DNA of 64,000 nt from contig CAWFGO010000001.1 in the NCBI GenBank assembly GCA_963815455.1, positions 544,001 to 608,000 on the forward strand, given 5' to 3'. The translations under genes were made by a program, and so were the position numbers. The notes under the pieces are model-generated. The model saw nothing but the letters and a program-made list of their open reading frames with translations. It did no database searches and was not told the origin of the DNA. Shown here one piece after another: positions 11,003-21,328 of this stretch (position 1 is the stretch's first letter; the number at the start of each line of letters is the position of its first letter). The stretch is from an uncultured Verrucomicrobiae bacterium (GTDB lineage Bacteria; Verrucomicrobiota; Verrucomicrobiia; Chthoniobacterales; UBA10450).

Positions 11003-13795
11003 TTAAGGCAAGCCAGAGCCGATGCTCGATTTGATCGAAGCTGCGTCAGTCGCGTTGATTACGCCATTGGCGTTTACGTCCGAGCGAAAGTTCGCTGCGT
11101 CGACAGGCTGTCCGATGCGTGACTTGGTTTGGGCAACATCGGCAGAACTGACCGTGCTGCTGGCGTTCGTATCGCCGACAAGGACTGACATGGTTCGTGA
11201 CACATTTCCAATGTTTCCAGACGCGTCCTGAACCGTGTTCAACGTGACGGTTGTCAGCTGCGCGTTGGGGACACTCGTGAGATTGACAGTGTACTCGTTT
11301 GGATTTGGTCCAATCGAGCCGCCGTTCACGGTTCCGCCGGTGGCCGTGGCGCTGCTGACACTTGTCAGGTTATTCATGAAACTGAAGACCAACTGGTAAG
11401 CCGCACTCGCTCCCCCGCTGCGGCATTCGATCCCAGGAAGAGCAACACTAAACGTGCCCGCACTGCCGTGCGTTTTGCGGGATGCGGCGCCGGTCAAAGA
11501 AGGAGCAACGGTAAACTGCTCGATCAAAGTCTGATCGTCCGGAGAGCCATCAGAATAATGCTCGCCGACCGCCCAACAGTCCGATCCCGAAACACACGCG
11601 AGGCTGTAGAGCGCGTTATGGCGAGTTGTCGAAAAATTTGGTGAACTGACGATTGACCAGGACGTCCCGTCCCATTGCTCGGTTAGCGTCCGATAAAACC
11701 CACCAGTCGAGTAGGTCCCAACCGCCCAACATTGTGAGCTGGTTGCACATTTTACGCCCTCCAAGAGATATTGCGACGAACCGCTGTTTGGCGTAATTTG
11801 CCATGACGTTCCATTCCAGTGCTCAATTAGACCTCCGGCGCCAGTAAACAAGCCCACCGCCCAGCAATCAGTAAGCGAATTGCAGGTTACGGCATTTAGG
11901 AATTCTTCATTGCCAGCACCGGTGCTGGGCGCGGCTACAAGTGACCATGCCGTCCCATTCCATCGTTCAATCAACGCCTTGCGCACGCCACCGGTATCGG
12001 CGTACCAACCCACGGCCCAGCAACTGGAGCTCGATGTGCAGGTGACTGCGTTAAGCCAATTCCATCCGGTCGATGCGTTCGGCGAGCTCACCACCGCCCA
12101 TGCCGCTCCGTTCCAGTGCTCAATCAGAGTCCGATAGGCACCGACGCCATTGTCATAATAAGCCCCTACGGCCCAGCAACTCGAAGATGAGGCGCACGCA
12201 ACGCCATAAATGACGCCCTCGATATCTGGCGAAGGCATGATCGCCCAGGCACTGCCATTCCAATGTTTCATCAACGGTCGATTGGTGTATCCGACCGCCC
12301 AGCAGTCACTCGGAGATACGCAGGCCACATCTGCTAGGACACCATCCCCTGCGGCCACAATCGTCCATTGTGTGCCGTCCCAATGCTGAATCAGACCTTT
12401 GGGGATATTGGCGTCGTAATGGCCAACCGCCCAGCAATCAGAAGCCGACGTGCAGGTTACTCCCGAGAGATTGTTGGCTTGAATACCCGCGGTGTTGGCC
12501 GAATTCACGACAGCCCACGAACTTCCGTTCCAACGCTGGGCCAGGGTTTGTTCGACGATGGGGCTGTCGAGCTTGTAACGGCCGACGCTCCAACAGTTGG
12601 CCGCAGAGGTGCAGGCGACGCCGTAAAGCCGGTCGTCAGCGGCACTGGCATTTGGGGAAGCAATGAGGGACCATGTGTTTCCGTCCCAGTGTTCCACCAG
12701 AGTCCTGTAGCGGTTGAACGAACCCACAGCCCAGCAATTCTGTGTCGAAACACACGTCAGACCAGAGAGTTGATTATCCTCCTGGGCGCCTGTGTTAGGC
12801 GAGTTAACAACTGTCCATGAACTTCCATTCCACCTCTCGATCAACGTCTGAGCGTAGCCATTGTTGTTGAACTCCCCTACGGACCAGCATTCTGAGACTG
12901 AAATGCATCTTACGGCATGCAAATAACTGTACATTCCAACGTTTGGAGAACCGACAACGGACCAACTCGCGCCGTCCCAATGCTCAACGAGTGTTCGATC
13001 TTCTCCGAATCCGCCATCGTCGACGTGATAGTAGCCAACGCCCCAGCAGTTTGACGGCGAAAGACACGCGACACCGTCGAGGCTGCTGGTCTCGGTCGGA
13101 CTTGGAGAAGCAACGATCGACCAGGAAGCGCCGTTCCAATGTTCGGTCAGAGTCTTCGGTGCGCCGTTTTCGTCAAAGAAACCCACAGCCCAGCAGTCGG
13201 ACGCGGATGTGCAGGTGACCGACATAAGCGCATTGGATTCTTCATCGTTTAGGTTGGGCGAAGCGACGACCGACCATGAAAGTCCATCCCAATGCTCCAC
13301 CAGCGTTTTTTGGACAAATGACAGAGTGTGATACTCGCCCACAGCCCAGCAATTCGAAGCCGAGACGCAGATTACGCTGTAAAGGATATTGTATTCTGTG
13401 ACGACATTCGGCGAGGCAATGATCGACCAAGCCGTCCCGTCCCAATGCTCAATCAGCGTCTGATGTCCGTAATGAACGTTCTGATATTCGCCGACCGCCC
13501 AGCAATCGGACGCCGAAACACATGTGACGCTATAAAGCCAATTGGGCTCGGCGCGGTCGTTCTTGTTTGGCGACGGAACCAAGGCCCATTCGCCTACTGC
13601 GGGGATTAACGCCGCGCCGCTCGCATTCTTCTCTGCGATTGGAGAGTTAGAGATTAGATGCCGCTCCGTTTCGGGCGACGAACTCGCCGATAGACTAAGC
13701 AGAGCCAACGCAACGCCAACTAGAGAGAATACGAAACCCAGCAGAACGCGTGGATTAAAGATGCCGGCCTGGCGGCGACGTCGATATTGGTGCAC
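11003..13795 (-). CDS. Secreted protein with 14 C-x5-CW(A/S/G)VG repeats and a C-terminal SRKTHG + dockerin-like module
   Basis: Repeats counted in the translation; GIFNPRVLLGFVFSL signal region; D-x-N-x-x-G type duplicated motifs at the C-terminus. Start placed at GTG 13795. Confidence 0.8.
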   Translation of the reverse strand: MHQYRRRRQAGIFNPRVLLGFVFSLVGVALALLSLSASSSPETERHLISNSPIAEKNASGAALIPAVGEWALVPSPNKNDRAEPNWLYSVTCVSASDCWAVGEYQNVHYGHQTLIEHWDGTAWSIIASPNVVTEYNILYSVICVSASNCWAVGEYHTLSFVQKTLVEHWDGLSWSVVASPNLNDEESNALMSVTCTSASDCWAVGFFDENGAPKTLTEHWNGASWSIVASPSPTETSSLDGVACLSPSNCWGVGYYHVDDGGFGEDRTLVEHWDGASWSVVGSPNVGMYSYLHAVRCISVSECWSVGEFNNNGYAQTLIERWNGSSWTVVNSPNTGAQEDNQLSGLTCVSTQNCWAVGSFNRYRTLVEHWDGNTWSLIASPNASAADDRLYGVACTSAANCWSVGRYKLDSPIVEQTLAQRWNGSSWAVVNSANTAGIQANNLSGVTCTSASDCWAVGHYDANIPKGLIQHWDGTQWTIVAAGDGVLADVACVSPSDCWAVGYTNRPLMKHWNGSAWAIMPSPDIEGVIYGVACASSSSCWAVGAYYDNGVGAYRTLIEHWNGAAWAVVSSPNASTGWNWLNAVTCTSSSSCWAVGWYADTGGVRKALIERWNGTAWSLVAAPSTGAGNEEFLNAVTCNSLTDCWAVGLFTGAGGLIEHWNGTSWQITPNSGSSQYLLEGVKCATSSQCWAVGTYSTGGFYRTLTEQWDGTSWSIVSSPNFSTTRHNALYSLACVSGSDCWAVGEHYSDGSPDDQTLIEQFTVAPSLTGAASRKTHGSAGTFSVALPGIECRSGGASAAYQLVFSFMNNLTSVSSATATGGTVNGGSIGPNPNEYTVNLTSVPNAQLTTVTLNTVQDASGNIGNVSRTMSVLVGDTNASSTVSSADVAQTKSRIGQPVDAANFRSDVNANGVINATDAASIKSSIGSGLP

Positions 13796-13950
13796 GTATC
13801 CGTTGTACCCTACGCCCGCCAAAAGGACTACGAAATTCGCCCGGTCCGAGGCGCTTAATTCGGTCTCCCATGGTCTGATCCGAACCGAGGCAAGCATGCT
13901 TGGGGTTGAGCTTGCAAGCAAGGGCCCTTTTCCGGCATCCTCGCCCTCCC

Positions 13951-16074
13951 ATGCGCTGGTCAAATCAGGGCCATGCCGGCGCAACGTTGCGCTGGACAGG
14001 GTTGGTGTTCGCCGGACTTCTCGTCTGGAAGGTCGTCGGCGTGGCTCGCGCACAAACGGTCGAGGTTCAAGCCGCGTCCAGAGGCGGGCCGTTGGTGGAA
14101 TTGGTAAGCGCGCGACGCTCCCCGCCCGACGCTCAATGTCGGGTGGAAGTGTTTAGTTTTGCCAATGTCGATGTCGTCGGACGAAACGAGGACGCCGGAG
14201 AAATTGAGCCTCTCTCCCCCTCGCAATTCAATCCTGATCCCGGCGCTGGTGGACAAATCGAGCCGTTGGCGCCGCCCGAGCTTTTTCCACCGATCCTTCC
14301 TCAGCTTCCCGATTACGGAGAGGAACCGTTGCCGCGATCTCTAGAGCTTCCGCGTAAAGGAGTGCGCGAGATCGTTCCCCGTCGCAAGAAACTCGAATAC
14401 GAAACCTATCCGGAATCGGAGCAAGGCCAGGGGCTCCTGCCCAGCTCAACACCGGTGCCGAATCGATGGTTCATCGGATTCGGCCGGTGGAAACGGTATG
14501 CCGATCCGTCAACCGAAACAACTTATCAGTCGGACCTGCATCTCTGGCATCCGTACTTGCAAAGCAAATTCAAAGGCGACGCGCCGATCATCGGCCAGGA
14601 CATTTTCCTCAACCTCACCGCGGAAGATTTCTTTCAGTTCGAGACCCGCAGACTGCCTACGCCGAGCGGGGTGAGCGCGGCTCAGCCGAACAGTTCGGAA
14701 TTTTTTGGGCGGAGCGAACAGCTTTTTTACGCGAATGATTTTTCCATCGGAATTGATTTGTTCAAAGGCGAGACGGCGTTCAAGCCGGTCGAATGGGCGG
14801 TGCGAATCCTCGGCGTCTACAACCACAACTACACCGACGTGGAGGAGAACAAGATCATTAATCCCAATCCGCAGAATGGCACTACTCGCGAAAAGGAGTT
14901 TTTCTCGCTGCAGGAGGCATTCGCCGAGATTCACATCCGCGATCTGTCCAGCAATTACGATTTCATTTCCTCCCGCATCGGTATTCAGCCGTTCGTGAGC
15001 GATTTTCGCGGGTTCATTTTCAACGATACAAACCTGGGCATTCGCATTTTCGGTAACTACGACAACAACCGCTGGCAGTACAACATCGCCGCGTTCGACA
15101 TGCTGGAGAAGGACACCTACTCGGACTTGAACGAGTTCAAAATGCGCGACCAGCAAGTCTATGTGGCAAACGTCTTCCGGCAGGACCTGATCTGGAAGGG
15201 TTATACGGGCGAGTTGAGTTTTCTGGGCAACTTCGACAATACCAGCCGGCATTACGACAAGAACGGATTCGTCACCCGGCCGTCGCCGATTGGCACAGTC
15301 GCCGATCACTACGTGCAAGCGTATTATCTCGGTTGGGCGGGCGACGGACACATCGGCTGGCTCAATATCGACCACGCGTATTATCATGTCGTCGGTCAGG
15401 AAGGATTAAACGGAGTCGCCGGGCGGCGGATCGACATCAGCGCTGATATGGCTGCGCTGGAACTCTCCATCGATAAGGATTGGCTCCGTCACAAGATCTC
15501 AGTGTTCTACGGCAGCGGCGATTCGCGCCCGACTAATGGCACCGGCACCGGATTCGACACCGTGCTCGACCGCCCATTCTTTGTCGGCGGCCCCTTCAGT
15601 TTCTTTTCGCATCAAGGATTCAATCTCGGCGGCACGGCGGTGAATTTTAAGCAACGTGACAGTCTGGTGATCGATTTCCGCTCGAGCAAGGCTGAAGGTC
15701 AGGCCAATTTCGTGAATCCCGGCGTCTTCATTGCCGGTTACGGCCTCGATGCCGATATCCTGCCGAAGCTGCGGGCATTCATGAATGTAAATTACATCCG
15801 CACCATCGACACTGCGGTAACCGAGCTGGTCCTTTTCACCAATCATTCCAGCAACGATTTCGGGCTCGATTGCAGCCTCGGTTTTGAATGGCGGCCGTTG
15901 CTCACCGATAACATTATCATTACCGCCGGCGCGGGCTTCTTCGTTCCGCGCTGGGGTTACAAATTTATTTATCGCACGAACACCGTGCCGGTGCCCGGAT
16001 ACGACAACCCGCCAGCCGGCCAGGTCGATGATTTTCTCTACAGCGGAATCGTGACGCTGACGCTGACCTACTGA
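13951..16074 (+). CDS. Putative large outer-membrane beta-barrel protein upstream of the multiheme cytochrome
   Basis: Signal peptide, Pro-rich N-terminal region, aromatic-rich alternating strands, C-terminal TLTLTY. Confidence 0.65.
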   Translation: MRWSNQGHAGATLRWTGLVFAGLLVWKVVGVARAQTVEVQAASRGGPLVELVSARRSPPDAQCRVEVFSFANVDVVGRNEDAGEIEPLSPSQFNPDPGAGGQIEPLAPPELFPPILPQLPDYGEEPLPRSLELPRKGVREIVPRRKKLEYETYPESEQGQGLLPSSTPVPNRWFIGFGRWKRYADPSTETTYQSDLHLWHPYLQSKFKGDAPIIGQDIFLNLTAEDFFQFETRRLPTPSGVSAAQPNSSEFFGRSEQLFYANDFSIGIDLFKGETAFKPVEWAVRILGVYNHNYTDVEENKIINPNPQNGTTREKEFFSLQEAFAEIHIRDLSSNYDFISSRIGIQPFVSDFRGFIFNDTNLGIRIFGNYDNNRWQYNIAAFDMLEKDTYSDLNEFKMRDQQVYVANVFRQDLIWKGYTGELSFLGNFDNTSRHYDKNGFVTRPSPIGTVADHYVQAYYLGWAGDGHIGWLNIDHAYYHVVGQEGLNGVAGRRIDISADMAALELSIDKDWLRHKISVFYGSGDSRPTNGTGTGFDTVLDRPFFVGGPFSFFSHQGFNLGGTAVNFKQRDSLVIDFRSSKAEGQANFVNPGVFIAGYGLDADILPKLRAFMNVNYIRTIDTAVTELVLFTNHSSNDFGLDCSLGFEWRPLLTDNIIITAGAGFFVPRWGYKFIYRTNTVPVPGYDNPPAGQVDDFLYSGIVTLTLTY

Positions 16075-16568
16075 TGAAGAAGAAGACGCCGAAAGCCCAA
16101 CGCCGAAGGCCGACGATTCAATGGAATCGTGTGAGCGAGGACCAAGGCACCTACCCAGGCAAGGCAAAAACGTTCAACGCTCAACGTTCAACGTTCAACG
16201 TTCAACGACAGAGTGAACCGCGTTTCGACTTGGAAGAACGGTTGCTTGAATTCAGCGCACGGATTATTCGATTGGTAAACGCACTGCCAAACACGAGAGC
16301 TGCGAACCACGTAGCCGGCCAGTTACTTCGCTGCGGAACTTCTCCATTCGGAAACCACGGCGAGGTTCAGGCAGCGGAATCAAGAAAGGATTTCGTGCAC
16401 AAGCTCCGTATATGTCTGAAGGAGCTGAAAGAAACCAAGCGCTGGCTGCGACTGATTGAACGCGCGGCATTACTCCCAGATTCAGAAACGGGACCTCTGC
16501 TTCGAGAAACGGAAGAGCTCATCAAGATCTTTTTCACCAGCATTCGCACGATAGAGAAGAACGCATGA
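16074..16568 (+). CDS. Four helix bundle protein (TIGR02436 / '23S rRNA IVP'-like)
   Basis: DLEERLLEF...QLLRCGTS...EVQAAESRKDFVHKLRICLKELKETKRWL. The N-terminal extension is translated repeat. Confidence 0.9.
   Translation: MKKKTPKAQRRRPTIQWNRVSEDQGTYPGKAKTFNAQRSTFNVQRQSEPRFDLEERLLEFSARIIRLVNALPNTRAANHVAGQLLRCGTSPFGNHGEVQAAESRKDFVHKLRICLKELKETKRWLRLIERAALLPDSETGPLLRETEELIKIFFTSIRTIEKNA
16169..16207 (+). repeat. Tandem heptamer array (AACG(T/C)TC x5.5), left arm
   Basis: aacgttc aacgctc aacgttc aacgttc aacgttc aacg; a degenerate heptamer array also lies at 16085-16121. Confidence 0.95.
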
Positions 16569-19500
16569 CCAGGTCACGCCCCATTTCATTGAACGTTGAG
16601 CGTTGGGCGTTGAACGTTGAACGTTTCCTCCTGCTTTTTGTTTCGATCTCTACAATCCACGCCCAAGAAGCAACTTCCGGCTATGGTCCTCCCACCTCCA
16701 TCCCGGTAACAAGATCGACAATCGCGCCGGTCTCCTTGCCGCCGCGCAACTGGATCAACCAATCCCAGGCCGAGGCCGACGCGAAAAGCATCGGCTGTTT
16801 GCAATGTCATCAAGGCGTCGAGCCGATGCACAAGGCCGAGCAAAACGTCGTGCTCGGCTGCACGGATTGTCATGGAGGAAATCCGGCACGCGGACTGAAA
16901 AAAGAACAGGCTCACATTTTGCCGAACAATAAAGAATTTTGGAAAACATCGGCTAATCCACCAGATTCGAATGTCTGGCTAAATCATGAATCGCCGGAGT
17001 TTATACGGTTCATGAACCCGGGCGATTTGCGCGTGGCGCAGCAATCGTGCGGACTTTGCCACGGCGAAATCATTCGCAACGTCGATCACAGCATGATGAA
17101 CCATGGCGCGATGCTGTGGGGCGCAGCTCTCTATAATAATGGCGGCTTCTACCTTAAGAATTACCGGTTCGGCCAGGCCTATGGCGCAGATGGCGCACCG
17201 TTGAAACTAATCAATTACACGCCGGTCACTCCCGAGGACACCCGGGTGCGCGGCATTCTTCCATTCATCGAGCCCGTACCGCGATTCAACTTGAGCAATC
17301 CGGGCAACATCCTGCGCATCTTCGAGAAAGGCGGTGAAAAACCACTGCAACTCGGGCTTCCCACGAGAAACGAGCCGAATGGTCGGCCGCGTAATCGTCT
17401 TTCCCAGCGCGGTCTCGGCACGCTCAACCGAACCGATCCGGTCTTTCTCGGTATTCAAAAAACGCGGTTACACGATCCGCTGCTCGGATTTCTCGGTTCC
17501 AACGATCATGCGGGCGATTATCGATCAAGCGGTTGCTCGGCTTGTCACGTCGTTTACGCCAACGATCGCTCGCCGACGAATTCCGGTTGGTGGAGCAAGT
17601 ACGGACACCAAGGGCTCAGCTTCACCGAGGATCCCACCATCCCGAAAGTCGAGCGCGGGCATCCGGTCGTGCATCAATTTACGCGTTCGATTCCGTCCAG
17701 CCAATGCATGAACTGTCACATGCATCAGGGAAATTTATTCGTGAATCCATATCTCGGTTACACCTGGTGGGACCAGGAAACCGATGGCGAATTTATGTAT
17801 CCGCTAAAGCAGCACGATCCGACCGACTCCGAACTGGTTAAAGCGGCCATGGTGAATCCCGAAGCCGCCGCCGCCCGCGGGCTGTGGGGTGACAAGCATT
17901 TCCTGGAATCCGTCGCGGAATTGAATCCGCAATTGAAGCACACGCAATTCGCCGATTATCACGGACACGGCTGGGTGTTCCGCGCTGTGTTCAAACACGA
18001 TCGCAAAGGCAACCTGCTTGATCTGGACGACAACAAGATCGACAACGGCGACGCGCAGAAGTTCGCCAAAGCGGTACACTTAAAAGACGTGCATCTCGCG
18101 CACGGAATGCAATGCGGCGATTGCCATTTCGATCTCGATGTTCATGGTAACGGCATGTTGTATGGCGAGCCGCGCAACGCGACGACGATCACGTGCGTCG
18201 ATTGTCACGGCACGATCGAGAAACGTCCGACGCTGGTAACGAGCGGCAACGCCGGCCAGATCGATCTGCTCAACAACAGCAACACTCCGTTCGGGCCGCG
18301 ATTCATTTGGGAAGGCGCCAAGCTTTTCCAGCAATCCAGCATGTCGCCCGATGTGCGCTGGGAAATTCCGCAAACGATTGATACGATTGATCCCCTCTCG
18401 CCGCGCTACAACCCGAAGTCGGCATACGCTAAAACGCTGCAACGTGACCGGTCGACATGGGAGCACAGGCAGCCTGCCTGTGGCGGCGGGCAGCTTGCCC
18501 GCCGAAAACGTCGCGGCTGGCAGCCGCGACCAACAGCTGCACCTGCGCTACCCGAGCAGCGCGCGTCAAACTCGCACACGATAACTCCGCGATGGATTGC
18601 CAAATCTGTCACACCTCATGGGCAACGAGTTGTTTCGGTTGCCATTTGCCGATGAAAGCGAATCAGCGCGTGCCGCTAAACAAGTTTGAGGGCGTTACCG
18701 ACCGCAATTTTACAACCTATAATCCGCAAGTCGTCCGGGACGACGTTTTCATGCTCGGCATTGACGGCAGCGTGAAGAAAAACCGGATGGCTGTGATCCG
18801 TTCGTCGAGCGCGGTCGTGGTCAGCTCGCAAAATCAAAACCGCGAATGGGTTTATTCCCAGGCCCAGACGATTTCTGCCGAAGGTTACAGCGGACAGGCA
18901 TTCAATCCGCATTTTCCCCACACCACGAGCGGAGTCGGCACGACAAAAAATTGCACCGATTGTCATCTGTCGAAGCAAAACGATAACAATGCCTGGATGA
19001 CCCAGTTGTTAGGCTTCGGCACCGGCACGGTAAATTTCTTCGGGCGCTACGCCTACGTCGGCGAAGGGAAACACGGATTTCATGCCGTGGTGTGGACCGA
19101 GCCGGATGAGCCGCAGGCCGCCATCGGCAGTCATCTTCATTCCATCGCTTATCCCGCCAATTACAAAAAGCATGTCGATGCGTGGCGGCGAATTAGAAGA
19201 GGCCTACGAGCATTCCGGCAAAGACATTCAGGACATCGTTTTGCGCGGCGAATATCTTTACACCGCGAATGGTCCCGGCGGCTTTGAGGTCTTCGACGTC
19301 GCCAACATCGACCAGAAAGGATTTTCGGAACGGATCGTCAACGCACCGGTTTCCCCGCTTGGTCAACGCACCCGGATTCACACGAAATACGCAACCAGCA
19401 TCGCCTTGCCCAGCACGCTCGCGCTTGATCCCGCGCGAGAACGTCTCCCCGAGAACGAGGAGCAACCAATCGATCTTTTCTACGCATTCGTTTACATATC

Positions 19501-20539
19501 GGATCGCGAAGAGGGACTCGTTATCAGCAACGTCGCCACGCTCGTCGATGGAAATCCTGACAACAATTTTCTCAAGGAAAGCGAAACAATTCGATTCAAT
19601 CCCGGCGGTATTTTGACAGGCGCAACATTTGTCACCGCGGCGGGGCACCGCCTTTACATGACCACACCGCGCGGACTTTATGTTGTCGATGTCAGCGACC
19701 CGATGCATCCGCGCATCGCCGGACAATTGACGAACGGTTTCCTGAAAAATCCGCGCTGCGTTTCAGTCCAATTCCGCTACGGATTCATTACCGACGATGA
19801 CGGATTGAAGATTGTCGATCTTACCGAGCCGACGCGACCGGTTGCGATTCCGCGCGCGACCGTGCGGCTCAATCACCCGCACCGTTTGTATCTGGCCAGA
19901 ACGTATGCCTACATCGCGAACGGCCCGGAAGGCCTGGCGATCGTCGATGTTGAAAATCCGGAGCGGCCGTTCATCGATCAAATGTTCAATGCCGGCGGCG
20001 CCTTGAATGATACGCAAGCGGTTCAGATTGGCAGCGTGAACGCATCGCAATTTGCGCTGGTAGCCGATGGGAAAAATGGTCTGCGCGTCATTCAATTGAT
20101 TTCGCCCGACACGGTTCCCGGTGCGCAGGGATTCAGTCCCCGGCCAAATCCGAAATTGATCGCGACCCATCACACCAAAGGCGAAGCGATTTGCGTTTCG
20201 CGAGGGCTGGAACGCGACCGCGTAGTCGATGAAACTGGCGGGCAAACGGTTGTGTTCGGCCGGCGCGGTGCGCGTCCGTTCCATCTCGACGAAATAGAAC
20301 GCTTCTATCGAAAATCGACCCGCCTTCGCCCGGCTACGGCGCGGCAGGCATCGGGCGACGGAAAAAATGTTGTGGGCAACGGCGATCTGTATCGTGTCGA
20401 GGACGTCACACTTTCCGGCAGCGTGTTAACGACCAGGAGTGGTGAAATTCTCACGCCGGCGGTGACTCCGACTCCATCGCCAACACCCGAATCAACCGAG
20501 CCGGAAGTGGAGCCAACAGCAATTCCATCTCCACACTAA
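16565..20539 (+). CDS. Multiheme (10 CxxCH) c-type cytochrome fused to an LVIVD-repeat beta-propeller; frameshifts near 18460-18570 and 19180
   Basis: CLQCH, CTDCH, CGLCH, CSACH, CMNCH, CGDCH, CVDCH (ORF 16565) plus CQICH, CFGCH, CTDCH (ORF 18457); GFEVFDV / GLYVVDV / GLKIVDL / GLAIVDV repeats in ORF 19082; signal peptide. Confidence 0.8.
16589..16626 (-). repeat. Tandem heptamer array (G(A/G)(A/G)CGTT x5), right arm, inverted relative to 16169-16207
   Basis: tt gaacgtt gagcgtt gggcgtt gaacgtt gaacgtt t. Confidence 0.95.
18459..18553. repeat. REP-like element inside the cytochrome gene
   Basis: Ends gggagcacagg...ctgcgctaccc with two internal hairpins; the ends match the intergenic element at 42439-42578 in reverse orientation. 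Confidence 0.7.
20320..20349. repeat. 30-bp in-frame hairpin micro-element
   Basis: ccgccttcgcccggctacggcgcggcaggc is nearly the reverse complement of 47372-47404. Confidence 0.75.
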
Positions 20540-20559
20540 GGGTAGAGCTCCAAGTTGAA

Positions 20560-20578
20560 TGCCTGAATTATTAAGGCA
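20560..20578. promoter_or_regulatory. Putative TA operator palindrome
   Basis: tgcctgaat-t-attaaggca (8/9 inverted match) just upstream of the antitoxin ATG. Confidence 0.5.
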
Positions 20579-20588
20579 AATTACCTCG

Positions 20589-20806
20589 ATGAGTACCAGG
20601 CAGAGAAGATTTTTCAGAAGGCGCAATGCTTGCCTGAAGAGGCCCAGGACAAACTTTTGGACGCCGCGGAGCAACTTGCTCACCAATACTCATCATCCAA
20701 ATCCCCCCCATTGACGGTACGCGAAGCTGCCGACTTGCGTGGCAAACTCGCCGCATGGGAGGAGGACTGGAACGCGCCAGGCATGGAAGTTTATGACCGG
20801 GCTTAG
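20589..20806 (+). CDS. Putative antitoxin (not in the ORF track; 1-bp frameshift after codon 3)
   Basis: Manual reading MST/QAEKIFQKAQCLPEEAQDKLLD...AAWEEDWNAPGMEVYDRA*; acidic C-terminus overlapping the toxin start. Confidence 0.65.
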
Positions 20807-21143
20807 GCGCGGTGATGTGGTTCTCGTTCTGTTTCCCGACTCGAATTTGGCAACTTTCAAACGGCGACCGGCTTTGGTCGTGCAGGCGGATGATCTGGGC
20901 ACCGGGCTTCCGCAGATCGTGATCGCGATGATTACGAGCAATTTGGCGCGCCGCGATCATCCCAGCCGCGTATTCATCCCCTTACGGTCGCCGGTGGCGG
21001 AGGGCTCTGGTTTGCTCACGGATTCCGTGATCATGACGGACAATCTCGCGACAGGTTTAAACAAGGCAATTGTGAGAAAGCTTGGCCGATTAGCGAACAT
21101 GAAGCCGGTGGACGCAGCGCTTCGCGCAACGCTCGGGCTATGA
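20793..21143 (+). CDS. PemK/MazF family toxin
   Basis: RRGDVVLVLFPDS...KRRPALVVQ...MITS...GLLTDSVI motif pattern. Confidence 0.9.
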   Translation: MTGLRRGDVVLVLFPDSNLATFKRRPALVVQADDLGTGLPQIVIAMITSNLARRDHPSRVFIPLRSPVAEGSGLLTDSVIMTDNLATGLNKAIVRKLGRLANMKPVDAALRATLGL

Positions 21144-21328
21144 GCCCCGAAGCCACATTGAGCAGACGCAACAAATCTTGCCTGAAGTAGAGTTCGCTTT
21201 AGTGCGCCGGTGACACACAAAACGGCCGAGCTGGGAACGTTTATCCTGCCTTGATAATTCTTTCGATCTTCAAGGCCGAGAATGAGAAAGAATTTGCTGC
21301 TTCGGGTGAAGTTCGTTAAAACTTTTTT

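Noticed and set aside
13796..14053. Long N-terminal extension of the repeat protein overlapping the divergent barrel gene
   Set aside because: It precedes a clear signal region and is better explained as ORF-caller over-extension.
16074..16568. 23S rRNA intervening sequence
   Set aside because: Both flanks are protein-coding; no rRNA sequence was recognised.
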